Below are positions 47,524 through 56,983 of a stretch of 64,000 nt of DNA, in pieces. Both the position numbers and the translations under genes were made by a program. The DNA is from a bacterium (lineage in GTDB: Bacteria; Bacteroidota; Bacteroidia; Bacteroidales; UBA932). The DNA lies in NCBI GenBank assembly GCA_963649415.1, contig CAVJHI010000004.1, positions 2,497 to 66,496 of the forward strand, written 5' to 3'. Each line of letters begins with the position of its first letter. Within the stretch, counting starts at the first letter, position 1. The notes below the pieces were generated by a model. That model was given only the letters and a program-made list of their open reading frames with translations, was not told the origin of the DNA and searched no databases.

Positions 47524-48816
47524 TTATAAATACAGTTTGATGAAATCGAGATAGTATTTCCAATCCTGGGGGAGTACGCCGTGGCCGCCATCGTGCATCA
47601 CATAGCCGAGGGTGTTGTAGATAGGCTTTTCCGCCGCCGGCATCACATTGGTGCCGAGGTCGTACTTGCCGAGCAGTTCATATACGGGACCGGCTTCCAC
47701 TGCGGCGTAGAACTCGCCTTTCGGGTCAGACCAGTTGTCGGTGCTGCCGGTGGAGAGCAGCAGCGGCCTGGGGGCAATCAGGGCAACCAGCAGATTGGCA
47801 TCGACCGGTGACTTGGTCACATCGGCGGCATACTTGCCGTAATTGGCGGCGAACTGGTAAGGGTAGCGGGATGGCTCGGTGAGGTGCGCTACCGTCTCGC
47901 CGAAATTGCGGCGGCTCAGGGCTGCACCGCCCTCGCCGGAACAGCTGGCTATTACCACTGCGATGCGGCTCTCGCGGGCACCGGCCCACATCGTGGTCTT
48001 GCCGAGACGAGAGCAGCCGGTAAGCGCTATACGGGTGGCATCGATATCCGGGTCCTTCTCGAAGTAGTCAATCACATTGCTTACTCCCCAGGCCCAGGCG
48101 GAGATGGCGCCCCACTCGTCATCTGCAGGACTGGTCTGGCCGTCCTTGAGATAGAGGGAGCGTACGCCGTATTTGACGCCGTCCTTGAAGTCGGGCTCGA
48201 TGTCGGTGTAGCAGAGGGTCGCGAATCCGTAGCCCTCCTTAATGAACTCCTTGACTGTGGCGTCGAGGCCGTACCCTGCCATCTCCGGATTGGACTTGAC
48301 GATGCTGAGATTGCCTTGCTTGTCCCATCTGCGGCCGTCCTTCACGCCGGGATCGGCCACGGTAAGGCAGTTGGGCGAGAAGCTGAGGTTGAGCAGCAGC
48401 GGCACAGGGCCGTTTGCATCCTTAGGCAGGTAGATGAGCACATCCACGCGCGGTCCACCGTTGTCCTTGGAGAAGTAGATGGTAACCTGCTTGCGCACTG
48501 CGCTGCCCTCCAGGCCGTAATCCTGACTGACATCGTAGCGGAGCTTCGGCTTCTTTGCCGGCCATTTGCCGTACTGGTTCTCCTCGAAAAGCTTCAGGAT
48601 TTCCGGGCGGCGCTTCCTGTACCACTCTTTGGCGTTTTGGACCTTCTTTCCGTTCTGGAGGGTAAGCGCGTCAGGCAGAGTGGCTTTGTAGTCTCCAACC
48701 TTCGACTCGTCATAGTTGACAGGGATGCCTGCGACAGTGTCTTTATTCTGTGCAGACGCGCTGCCTGCAACCATGAGGCAGCAGGCGACGCTTACAGTTA
48801 ATATTAAATGCTTCAT
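47524..48816 (-). CDS. Carbohydrate esterase family 15 (glucuronoyl methylesterase-like), secreted
   Basis: It has a signal peptide and the CE15 catalytic-Ser motif GCSRLGKT with surrounding conserved blocks. A -7 box lies at 48844-48851 (minus strand). Confidence 0.8.
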   Translation of the reverse strand: MKHLILTVSVACCLMVAGSASAQNKDTVAGIPVNYDESKVGDYKATLPDALTLQNGKKVQNAKEWYRKRRPEILKLFEENQYGKWPAKKPKLRYDVSQDYGLEGSAVRKQVTIYFSKDNGGPRVDVLIYLPKDANGPVPLLLNLSFSPNCLTVADPGVKDGRRWDKQGNLSIVKSNPEMAGYGLDATVKEFIKEGYGFATLCYTDIEPDFKDGVKYGVRSLYLKDGQTSPADDEWGAISAWAWGVSNVIDYFEKDPDIDATRIALTGCSRLGKTTMWAGARESRIAVVIASCSGEGGAALSRRNFGETVAHLTEPSRYPYQFAANYGKYAADVTKSPVDANLLVALIAPRPLLLSTGSTDNWSDPKGEFYAAVEAGPVYELLGKYDLGTNVMPAAEKPIYNTLGYVMHDGGHGVLPQDWKYYLDFIKLYL

Positions 48817-48918
48817 TTATGTGGCGGTTTTTACGGATTCCTACAAATGTAGTAAAAACTTCCGGCAAAACCCAGCAGCGTCTCGCAGGCAGCAGGAGCA
48901 CAATGAAAGGGTTCTGGA

Positions 48919-48957
48919 CCAAAAGCTGCGGAGTAACTCGGCCAAAAGCTGCGGAGT
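48919..48957. repeat. Two direct copies of CCAAAAGCTGCGGAGT, starts spaced 23 nt apart
   Basis: The copies are at 48919-48934 and 48942-48957, in the divergent CE15/gpsA intergenic region. This is a possible regulator binding site. Confidence 0.6.
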
Positions 48958-48961
48958 TTCT

Positions 48962-48993
48962 TTTGAAAACTTCAATACAAAGCGGTATATTTG
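48962..48993 (+). promoter_or_regulatory. Putative promoter: -33 TTTG (48962-65) and -7 TATATTTG (48986-93)
   Basis: The two elements are 20 nt apart, close to the Bacteroides consensus architecture. This implies a leader of about 170 nt before the gpsA ATG. Confidence 0.45.
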
Positions 48994-49167
48994 CCCCATT
49001 GAACTTTTGACCTTTTGAGAGATGAGGGGCAGTCAATTCCTCTGGACTCGAGTGTGATGCTGTGCTTCATCTGCGCGACGGTCGCTATGCATTGACCGAA
49101 ATTAAGCTTGGAGGGTAGGAAATCACACTCAACAGGTGCTGCTAAGCACTGATTAAAAGATAGTTAT

Positions 49168-50148
49168 ATGACTTGTGCACTTATAGGATACGGCAGCTGG
49201 GCCACGGCGATTGCGGGGCTGATAACTGCCAACGGAAATGAACTTAACTGGTATGTCCGCAACGCGGAAGTCCTCGAAGGACTTGCCTGCGACGGGCATA
49301 ACCCCAAGTACATAAGCGAGCTGGAGTTTGACCGTGCGCTGATTCATCCGTTTGCTGATATCAACGATGCCGTAAGGAACGCCTCCGTGGTTTTCATTGC
49401 CGTGCCGGCGGCCTTCCTTAAGACTTTTCTGGCCGGTCTGCGGGAGCCGCTCAAAGACAGGATTGTAGTCTCCGCAATTAAGGGCATAATCCCGGACGAG
49501 TGCAAGACCGTTTCCGAATACCTGCGTGACAGTTACGGAATATCATTCTCCGATATCTGCATGATTGCAGGGCCTTCCCACGCGGAAGAGGTGTCGCAGG
49601 GGCAGCTTACATATCTCACGGCCGTGTGCCCGAATGAGGAGAATGCCGCCGCGGTACGGTCCCTAATTGCATCCCGGTCTGTCATAACTTCATATTCTGC
49701 AGACCTTTACGGTGTGGAGTATGCCGCTGTCCTGAAGAATATCTACGGCATAGCGGCCGGGCTCAGCGACGGACTGGGCTATGGTGACAATTTCAAGGCT
49801 ATGCTGGTCTCAAAATGTGCGCGGGAGATGACTCATTTCATAGAACTGACCTGTGCCGCAGACCGCGACACATTGGAGCCCGCCTACCTTGGAGACCTTC
49901 TGGTGACGAGCTATTCATCGTTTAGCCGCAACCACCGTCTGGGCCAGATGATCGGCCGCGGAGTTACGGTGGCGTCAGCCCTCAATGAGATGACGATGAT
50001 TGCCGAAGGCTATTACGGAGTAGAGTGCGTACATAGGCTCAATGAGAATCACGGGGTGAATATGCCGATTCTCAATGCTGTTTACGATATTCTCTACCGC
50101 TCCGCCCCGGCCCGCCGCACATTCTGGAAACTCGCCCGTAGCCTCTGA
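49168..50148 (+). CDS. gpsA: NAD(P)H-dependent glycerol-3-phosphate dehydrogenase
   Basis: 326 aa, with an N-terminal Rossmann motif (IGYGSWATA), GPSHAEEV and NHRLGQ motifs. Confidence 0.93.
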   Translation: MTCALIGYGSWATAIAGLITANGNELNWYVRNAEVLEGLACDGHNPKYISELEFDRALIHPFADINDAVRNASVVFIAVPAAFLKTFLAGLREPLKDRIVVSAIKGIIPDECKTVSEYLRDSYGISFSDICMIAGPSHAEEVSQGQLTYLTAVCPNEENAAAVRSLIASRSVITSYSADLYGVEYAAVLKNIYGIAAGLSDGLGYGDNFKAMLVSKCAREMTHFIELTCAADRDTLEPAYLGDLLVTSYSSFSRNHRLGQMIGRGVTVASALNEMTMIAEGYYGVECVHRLNENHGVNMPILNAVYDILYRSAPARRTFWKLARSL

Positions 50149-50180
50149 CGGGAGCATAGTCGTTGTACCTTTTCCACAAT

Positions 50181-50211
50181 TTTGCAATCTCGGAGATTAT
50201 AGATACCTTTG
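50181..50211 (+). promoter_or_regulatory. Putative promoter: -33 TTTG (50181-84) and -7 TACCTTTG (50204-11)
   Basis: 19-nt spacing. It lies about 220 nt upstream of the lipoprotein ATG at 50433. Confidence 0.4.
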
Positions 50212-50432
50212 CCGGCTGAATTTTTAGTTGTTTCAAAACTGCTTCTAAGCTTTAGTAGTACAAACTGAAAAATATCATTGACGGCAATATAATTCACTTA
50301 AATAAATGATAAGAAATCAAATGACAAGCGGCATCTATGTGCCGCCGTTTTGCGAGATTATCCCTGTATGGTCTGAAAGTCCGCTGTGCGGCAGTAATGA
50401 AAAGGTTGAAGATGAAGATGGAGAATGGTAAA

Positions 50433-53042
50433 ATGAAAAAAGTATTGACATTCGGTATTCTGGCGGGTCTTTTGTTCTGCGGCTGCCAGAAAGAAGAGTT
50501 CCGGACGGACACCGTGTCTGAACAGGAGATATTTACTGCAGTAATTGAGGATATCGATCCAGCCTCTACCAGGACTTCTCTGGACGGAAGCGGCAATGTG
50601 CTTTGGAAGAAAGGGGATGAGATAAGCATATTCGCCGGCAGTACTCTCAATGTGGAGTACAAGGTTTCAGACGAGTCCGACGGCAAGACCTCCGCGGTTA
50701 TGACAAAGGTAAGTTCTGAATCATTCACGGCAGGCACTGAACTTGAGTGCAATGTCGCTTATTACCCTTATACATCCTGCGCTTCCATCGCCAGAAGCAG
50801 CAAAGATAGCGAAAGCCCTGTCACATACACCATAAGCGATATCAGTCTTCCTGCCACGCAGATCTACGCTGAAGACAGTTTCGGCAACGGCTCATTTCCG
50901 ATGGCGGCTGTAACGTCCTCGACTGAGGACAAGAACCTCAAGTTCAAGAATATCCTCGGCGGTCTGAAGCTTCAGCTGAAGGGCAGTTCCAAAATCAAAT
51001 CCGTAAGCGTTCGCGGCAATGCCGGCGAGATTCTCTGCGGCTCGGGGAGTGTTACCGTATCCTCGACAGCTGTACCGGCCATTAGCCTGACCGATGCCGC
51101 CGCTACGACCGTGACTCTGGACTGCGGCACGGAAGGCGTCCAGCTGAATGCCGAGACTGCGACCTGCTTCATCATCTCCCTTCCTCCTATGACAATGGCC
51201 TCCGGCTTCACCGTCACCGTAAGGGACACCGACGGCAAGGCTATGGAGATTAAGACCACAAAATCCCAGACCATCAACCGCTCCAAACTGCGCAAGATGC
51301 CATCTGTGGACTATGTGGGAACGGAGGATTATACCCAGCAGCCGCTTACCTTTACTTCTATGGGAGAAACAGTCGTATCGATCACACAAAATGGTAGCCC
51401 TGAAGACATTACGCTTCAGTACAGAACTGATGCCATTGATTGGACTGCCTATACTGTCGGAAAGGAAATTACCCTGACTGATGGCGCTGAACTTCAGTTC
51501 AGAGCGGGAGAAGACGGAAACACTACATTCTCTTCATCCGATGGTACTTATAATATCGTTATGAGCGGAGACGGCACAGTCAAGGTCTCCGGGAACATTA
51601 TGTCTCTGCTGGACAACAAAATGTCCAGGACAGATGTGCCGGAGTATTGTTTCGGATCGCTGTTCCGTTACTGTGGGAATCTCACGGATGCCGCCGATCT
51701 GAAATTGCCGGCTATGACATTGGCGGGATGGTGTTATTCCTCTATGTTCCTTGGATGCACAAGTCTGACCACTGCACCTGACCTGCCTGCAGCTGACTTG
51801 GCAGTGGGTTGTTATACTGCAATGTTCAGCTACTGCACAAATCTGAAATCTGCTCCGGCACTTGAGGCGACAAAATTGTTTAACCAGTGCTATAATTATA
51901 TGTTTGAGAACTGCACAAGTCTGACCACTGCACCTGACTTGCCTGCAACTGACTTGGCAGACTATTGTTATTATGGAATGTTCAGCGGCTGCAGCAGTCT
52001 GGAAACCGCTCCGGAGCTTTGGGCCACCACCTTGGCTAATTATTGTTATGAGGAAATGTTCAGCGGATGCAGCGCTCTGACCACAGCCCCTGAACTTCGG
52101 GCCGAAACACTATCTAAAGGATGTTATACGAATATGTTCAAGGGATGCGCAGCTTTAACCGCAGCTCCGGATCTCCCAGCTAAGGCCTTGGCGAATTATT
52201 GCTATAGCTATATGTTCGCGGAATGTACCAGTTTGCTCACCACTCCTTCTGAACTCCCGGCTACGACCTTGGCGGACAATTGCTATGAGTGTATGTTCCA
52301 GTATTGCAGCGCTTTAGCTGCTGCCCCGGCGCTTCCTGCCGAAGAAATGACGGCTCTCTGCTATTCCAATATGTTCGCCGGCTGCAGCAGTTTGACTCAA
52401 GCTCCCGAACTCAAGGCTAAGATATTGGCAAGGTGTTGTTATCAAAGTATGTTCCAGGACTGCACAGCTTTAACTTCAGCTCCGAAGGTTCTTCCTGCCG
52501 AAGAATTGACAGCCAACTGCTATTCAAAAATGTTCAAGGGCTGCAGCAAATTGACACAGGCGCCGGAACTTCCTGCTATGACTATGAACGAGTATAGTTA
52601 TCAGTGTATGTTCCAGAACTGCACCAGTCTGGAGACGGCTCCGACACTCCCGGCTACCACCTTGGCCAAGTATTGTTATACGGAAATGTTCAGCGGCTGC
52701 AGCGCTCTGACCACTGCGCCGGCACTTTCGGCTACAACAATGTCAACGGGATGTTATTCGAAAATGTTCCAGAACTGCACCAGCCTTAAGTCCGCTCCGG
52801 TTCTCCCGGCTACGGCTTTGACCTCAGACTGTTATTGGGGAATGTTCAGCGGCTGCAGCAGTTTGAACTACATAAAAGCCCTTTTCACAAACAGACCGAG
52901 TGAAGCTCTTACATCCGGCTGGGTTTCAGGAGTTGCCCAGGAGGGAACTTTTGTGATGAGTAATTCAGTATCGTGGAAAGCAGATGATTTTAGAGGAGCC
53001 AACGGCATCCCTGAAGGCTGGACGGTACAAACGACGGAATAA
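50433..53042 (+). CDS. Surface lipoprotein: fimbrillin-like N-terminal domains fused to sixteen BspA-type (LRR_5-like) Cys-containing repeats
   Basis: Lipobox (MKKVLTFGILAGLLFCGCQ) and an N-terminal region like Bacteroidales fimbrillin/Mfa-like lipoproteins. It is followed by 16 repeats of consensus CYxxMFxGCxSLTxAPxLPAxxLAxx and a conserved tail (GWVSGVAQEGTFV...IPEGWTV). Confidence 0.75.
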   Translation: MKKVLTFGILAGLLFCGCQKEEFRTDTVSEQEIFTAVIEDIDPASTRTSLDGSGNVLWKKGDEISIFAGSTLNVEYKVSDESDGKTSAVMTKVSSESFTAGTELECNVAYYPYTSCASIARSSKDSESPVTYTISDISLPATQIYAEDSFGNGSFPMAAVTSSTEDKNLKFKNILGGLKLQLKGSSKIKSVSVRGNAGEILCGSGSVTVSSTAVPAISLTDAAATTVTLDCGTEGVQLNAETATCFIISLPPMTMASGFTVTVRDTDGKAMEIKTTKSQTINRSKLRKMPSVDYVGTEDYTQQPLTFTSMGETVVSITQNGSPEDITLQYRTDAIDWTAYTVGKEITLTDGAELQFRAGEDGNTTFSSSDGTYNIVMSGDGTVKVSGNIMSLLDNKMSRTDVPEYCFGSLFRYCGNLTDAADLKLPAMTLAGWCYSSMFLGCTSLTTAPDLPAADLAVGCYTAMFSYCTNLKSAPALEATKLFNQCYNYMFENCTSLTTAPDLPATDLADYCYYGMFSGCSSLETAPELWATTLANYCYEEMFSGCSALTTAPELRAETLSKGCYTNMFKGCAALTAAPDLPAKALANYCYSYMFAECTSLLTTPSELPATTLADNCYECMFQYCSALAAAPALPAEEMTALCYSNMFAGCSSLTQAPELKAKILARCCYQSMFQDCTALTSAPKVLPAEELTANCYSKMFKGCSKLTQAPELPAMTMNEYSYQCMFQNCTSLETAPTLPATTLAKYCYTEMFSGCSALTTAPALSATTMSTGCYSKMFQNCTSLKSAPVLPATALTSDCYWGMFSGCSSLNYIKALFTNRPSEALTSGWVSGVAQEGTFVMSNSVSWKADDFRGANGIPEGWTVQTTE
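51648..52886 (+). repeat. In-frame tandem repeat array, 16 units of 78-84 nt (26-28 aa)
   Basis: The first Cys codons of successive units are spaced 78 nt apart (81 nt twice, 84 nt once). Some segments are nearly identical at the DNA level, for example CTGCACAAGTCTGACCACTGCACCTGAC at about 51757 and about 51911, and ATGTTCAGCGGCTGCAGC occurs several times. Confidence 0.9.
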
Positions 53043-53103
53043 GACGAAGTCTGCAAGATCCTGCTTCATGCTGCTTGACGAAACTGGTGCAAAAAATAAT
53101 CAT

Positions 53104-53111
53104 TAACTTTG
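53104..53111 (+). promoter_or_regulatory. -7 box TAACTTTG, 7 nt upstream of the mutS ATG
   Basis: TAnnTTTG match. The ATG is at 53119. Confidence 0.45.
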
Positions 53112-53118
53112 CATCAAT

Positions 53119-55713
53119 ATGGCAAAGAGCGGAGAAGACACACCACTGATCAAGCAGTATTTCAGCATCAAGGCACAACATCCCGAAGCGATACTTCTGT
53201 ACCGCGTCGGAGACTTTTACGAGACATATTCCGACGACGCGGTCCTGACGAGCAAGGTGCTTGGCATCGTGCTGACGCGTAAGTCCAACGGCGAGAAAGG
53301 CGACACGCCGATGGCGGGCTTCCCCTACCACGCGATGGATTCGTACCTGCCGAAGCTGGTGCGCGCCGGCTACAAGGTTGCTGTCTGCGACCAACTGGAA
53401 GACCCCGCTCTGGTCAAGAACAAGCTGGTAAAGCGCGGTGTGACGGAGATTCTCACTCCGGGCATCGCGTTTGGGGAGGGGATGCTGGAGCAGAAGGAGC
53501 ACAATTTCCTCGCCGGGCTCAGCTTGAGCGGCGCCGAGTGCGGGGTGGCGTTCCTCGATGTGTCCACGGGCACATTCCAGCTCGCGCAGGGTTCTACCGA
53601 CTATGTCGGGGCACTGCTGTCCTCGTTCTCCCCAAAGGAACTGGTGGTCTGCAGGGACGATGCCCGCAGGGTCAGGGAGCTCTTCGGGGAGCACTATATC
53701 ACCACGCTCGACGAGTGGGCGTTCGTGCAGGAAGCCGCCGAGGAGAAGCTGCGCGCTCAGCTTAAAGTCAAGAGCCTCAAGGGATTCGCGGTTGAGCAGT
53801 ACCCGCTTGCAGTTTGCTCCGCAGGGGCGCTGCTCGTCTATCTCGAGCAGACCTGCCACTCCGGGCTCGGCAACATCTGCTCGGTTTCGCGCATAGACAG
53901 CGACCGCTTCGTGTGGATGGACAAGTTTACCTTCCGCAACCTCGAAATCTTCCAGAGCAACGCCGGCAAGGACGGGGTCAGCCTCGTGGACACGATAGAC
54001 CGCTGCTGCTCGAGCATGGGCTCCAGGCTGCTGAGGCAGTGGCTTGCGATGCCGATAATGGATATCAAGAGCCTCAACGCGCGCTATGACATAGTGCAAT
54101 ATTTCCGCGACAACGAGGAGGCCCTGCGCGCCATACAGGTGAATATCAGTGAGATAGGCGACCTGGAGAGAATAGTCTCCCGCGCCGCCACTGGCAAGAT
54201 TCTCCCGCGTGAAGTACTGCAGCTGGGTCGCTCCCTGCGACGGATGACTCCGGTGCTCGAGAGCTGCCTTGCGAGCGGGGTGGAAGCCCTGCAGAAGCTC
54301 GCCGGCGAAATGCGCAATACCGACAGCGCCCTCGAGCGCATCGACTCTACGCTCTGCGAAAACCCGGCGGCGCAGCTCGGCAAGGGGGACATCATCGCCC
54401 CAGGAGTCAGCCGTGAACTGGACGAACTCAGGGAAATCTCCCGCGGAGGAAAGGACTACCTGCTCAAGATGCAGGAACGCGAAATCGAGGCCACCGGCAT
54501 CACGGGGCTCAAGATAGGCTACAACAATGTCTTCGGCTACTATATCGAGGTACGCAACACCGCGCGCGACAAAGTGCCCTCAGAGTGGGTGCGCAAGCAG
54601 ACTCTGGTCAATGCGGAGCGCTACATCACGGCCGAACTCAAGGAATACGAGGAGCGCATCCTCAACGCGGAGGCAGAGATTTACGGCATCGAGAGCCGGC
54701 TCTACGGCGAGCTAATTTCCGACATCCAGAAGTCCATACGCGACATCCAGACCAACTGCCGGGTCATCTCTCAAATCGATGTCCTGCAGGGCTTTGCGCA
54801 GCAGGCACTGGACCGCGGCTACTGCCGTCCGGAGATAGACAAATCCACCTCGCTGGATATCAAGGCGGGCCGCCATCCTGTAATCGAGACCCTGATGGCA
54901 CCGGGCGAGGAGTATGTGCCCAACGACATCAGCCTCGACAGCAAGGGCGAGCAGATCATAATTCTTACCGGTCCGAATATGGCCGGTAAATCCGCCCTCC
55001 TGCGCCAGACGGCGCTTATCGTGCTGATGGCCCAGACGGGCTCGTTCGTGCCGGCGGCATCGGCTCGTTTCGGCTACTTCGACAAGATATTCACGCGCGT
55101 AGGCGCGACCGACAACATCTCCCGGGGCGAGTCCACTTTTATGGTGGAGATGACCGAGACGGCGATGATTATGCACAATCTCTCGGCGCGCTCGCTGGTG
55201 CTGCTCGACGAGATAGGCCGCGGCACCTCAACCTACGACGGAATGTCCATTGCAAGGGCGCTGGTGGAATATATCCATACCTACGGCAAGGGGGCCAAGA
55301 CCCTGTTCGCCACGCACTACCACGAGCTCAACGACCTGGAGGCACAGTACCCGAGGGTAAAGAATTACCATATTGCGGTCAAGGAGGAGGGCAAGAATGT
55401 AATCTTCCTGCGCAAGCTGGAGAAAGGCGGCGTGGCGCACAGTTTCGGTATCCACGTGGCCCGGCTCGCAGGTATGCCGCGCGAGGTGGTGGAGTCGGCC
55501 GAGAAGACCCTTCGCACACTGGAGACGCGCGAGAAGCACGCGAACAATATGGCTCTGGAGGACGACGGCAGCGTGCAGCTCTCGTTCTTCCAGCTCGACG
55601 ACCCGACCCTCTCCTCCCTCAAGGAGAAGCTGGAAGCCGCCGACCTCAACAATATGACCCCGATGCAGGCCTTCGATCTGCTCCGCAGCATGAAGGCAGA
55701 GCTGGGGGTGTAG
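53119..55713 (+). CDS. mutS: DNA mismatch repair protein MutS
   Basis: 864 aa, with the mismatch-binding N-terminus (TPLIKQYFSIKAQHPEAILLYRVGDFYE), Walker A (GPNMAGKS) and Walker B (LVLLDEIGRGTST). Confidence 0.97.
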   Translation: MAKSGEDTPLIKQYFSIKAQHPEAILLYRVGDFYETYSDDAVLTSKVLGIVLTRKSNGEKGDTPMAGFPYHAMDSYLPKLVRAGYKVAVCDQLEDPALVKNKLVKRGVTEILTPGIAFGEGMLEQKEHNFLAGLSLSGAECGVAFLDVSTGTFQLAQGSTDYVGALLSSFSPKELVVCRDDARRVRELFGEHYITTLDEWAFVQEAAEEKLRAQLKVKSLKGFAVEQYPLAVCSAGALLVYLEQTCHSGLGNICSVSRIDSDRFVWMDKFTFRNLEIFQSNAGKDGVSLVDTIDRCCSSMGSRLLRQWLAMPIMDIKSLNARYDIVQYFRDNEEALRAIQVNISEIGDLERIVSRAATGKILPREVLQLGRSLRRMTPVLESCLASGVEALQKLAGEMRNTDSALERIDSTLCENPAAQLGKGDIIAPGVSRELDELREISRGGKDYLLKMQEREIEATGITGLKIGYNNVFGYYIEVRNTARDKVPSEWVRKQTLVNAERYITAELKEYEERILNAEAEIYGIESRLYGELISDIQKSIRDIQTNCRVISQIDVLQGFAQQALDRGYCRPEIDKSTSLDIKAGRHPVIETLMAPGEEYVPNDISLDSKGEQIIILTGPNMAGKSALLRQTALIVLMAQTGSFVPAASARFGYFDKIFTRVGATDNISRGESTFMVEMTETAMIMHNLSARSLVLLDEIGRGTSTYDGMSIARALVEYIHTYGKGAKTLFATHYHELNDLEAQYPRVKNYHIAVKEEGKNVIFLRKLEKGGVAHSFGIHVARLAGMPREVVESAEKTLRTLETREKHANNMALEDDGSVQLSFFQLDDPTLSSLKEKLEAADLNNMTPMQAFDLLRSMKAELGV

Positions 55714-55723
55714 GGACGATTAT

Positions 55724-56983
55724 ATGAAAATGAAACGTCTGCTGATCATCACTTATTACTGGCCACCGACAGGCGGCTCGGGCGTGCAGCGCTGGGTGAA
55801 ATTCAGCAAATACCTCCCGCAGTTCGGCTGGCAGCCGGTCATCTATACTCCGGAGAACCCGGAGCAGCTGGCCGTTGACGAGAGTCTGCTCTCCGACATC
55901 CCCGACTGCGCGGAAATCATAAAGACCCATATATCAGAGCCATACGAGATTTACCGCAGGCTCGCCGGCTCCAAGGGCAAGGCTCAGGAAGTCAATCCTC
56001 TGAACGCCCAGAAGAAGTCCCTCGGCAAGAGGATATCCCTCTGGCTGCGGGGCAACCTTTTCATCCCCGACCCGCGCATCTGGTGGGTCCGCCCATCGCT
56101 GCGCTTCCTTGTGAAGTACCTCCGCGAGCACCCGGTAGATGCCGTGGTAACGACCGGACCTCCCCAGTCTATGCACCTGATAGGCAGGGGATTGAAGCGC
56201 CGGCTTGGAGTGAAATGGATAGCTGATTTTCGCGATCCGTGGACGGAGATGTTCTACTATAAGCACCTTTCACTCTCCCGGCTATCGGACCGCAGGCATC
56301 ACCGCCTGGAGCAGAGCGTGCTGGACGAGGCCGACCTCGTGATAGCTGTCTCGCCTCCTGTTGCCCGAGACTTCGCCGCCAAGACCACGACTCCTGTGAA
56401 GCTGATTACCAACGGGTTCGATGAGGATGACTTCGCTGCCCCGGCACCGAAGCGCAGTGATGGCAAATTCACCCTCGTGCACACCGGCCTTTTCGCCTCC
56501 GACGGCAACCCGCTCAATCTCTGGGATGCCCTTGCCGGGAAGTGCCGGGATGACAGTGAGTTTCGCTCCCGCCTGCAGATCAGACTCGCCGGCAAGACCG
56601 ACCCCGAAATCATCTCCGCCATCCGCGAACGAGGCCTTGGCGACAATCTGGTGAATCTTGGCTATCTGCCTCACGAGCAGACCGTTGCGGAGCAGCGCGG
56701 TGCCGACATCCTCCTGCTCCCTCTCCGCCAGGAGCCGGAATACGCCAAGGTGCTGCCGGGCAAGATATTCGAGTACATCGCAGCGCGCCGTCCAGTGCTC
56801 GGAATCGGGCAGAGTGACGGGGCCGCAGCCGCAGTGCTGCGCGACGCCGGGGCGGGGGAGATGTTCGGCTGGGACGAGAAGGAAGCCTTGATGGAATTCA
56901 TCCTCACATCCCACCCGGAGACGTCCGGTGCCGAAAAATACTCACGCCGCCGCTTGACGGAAAAATTGGTTGAACTGTTATGA
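55724..56983 (+). CDS. Glycosyltransferase, GT4-like (GT-B fold)
   Basis: MKRLLIITYYWPPTGGSGVQRW... is the N-terminus, with a C-terminal E-x7-E-like region (PGKIFEYIAARRPVLG). Confidence 0.8.
   Translation: MKMKRLLIITYYWPPTGGSGVQRWVKFSKYLPQFGWQPVIYTPENPEQLAVDESLLSDIPDCAEIIKTHISEPYEIYRRLAGSKGKAQEVNPLNAQKKSLGKRISLWLRGNLFIPDPRIWWVRPSLRFLVKYLREHPVDAVVTTGPPQSMHLIGRGLKRRLGVKWIADFRDPWTEMFYYKHLSLSRLSDRRHHRLEQSVLDEADLVIAVSPPVARDFAAKTTTPVKLITNGFDEDDFAAPAPKRSDGKFTLVHTGLFASDGNPLNLWDALAGKCRDDSEFRSRLQIRLAGKTDPEIISAIRERGLGDNLVNLGYLPHEQTVAEQRGADILLLPLRQEPEYAKVLPGKIFEYIAARRPVLGIGQSDGAAAAVLRDAGAGEMFGWDEKEALMEFILTSHPETSGAEKYSRRRLTEKLVELL

Noticed and set aside
49026-49160. GGGGCAG... start and hairpins suggested a tmRNA, tRNA or other classical RNA gene
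   Set aside because: There is no tRNA-like acceptor/T-arm or CCA-proximal sequence, no tag reading frame, and the length is far too short for tmRNA or RNase P. SRP-RNA conserved motifs are absent. It is kept only as a possible leader or sRNA.
51648-52886. Regular ~78-nt periodicity that could suggest a CRISPR or other non-coding array
   Set aside because: The periodicity lies in-frame within one long ORF and encodes a protein repeat (CYxxMFxGC...). There is no alternation of identical repeats with unique spacers, and no cas genes are present.
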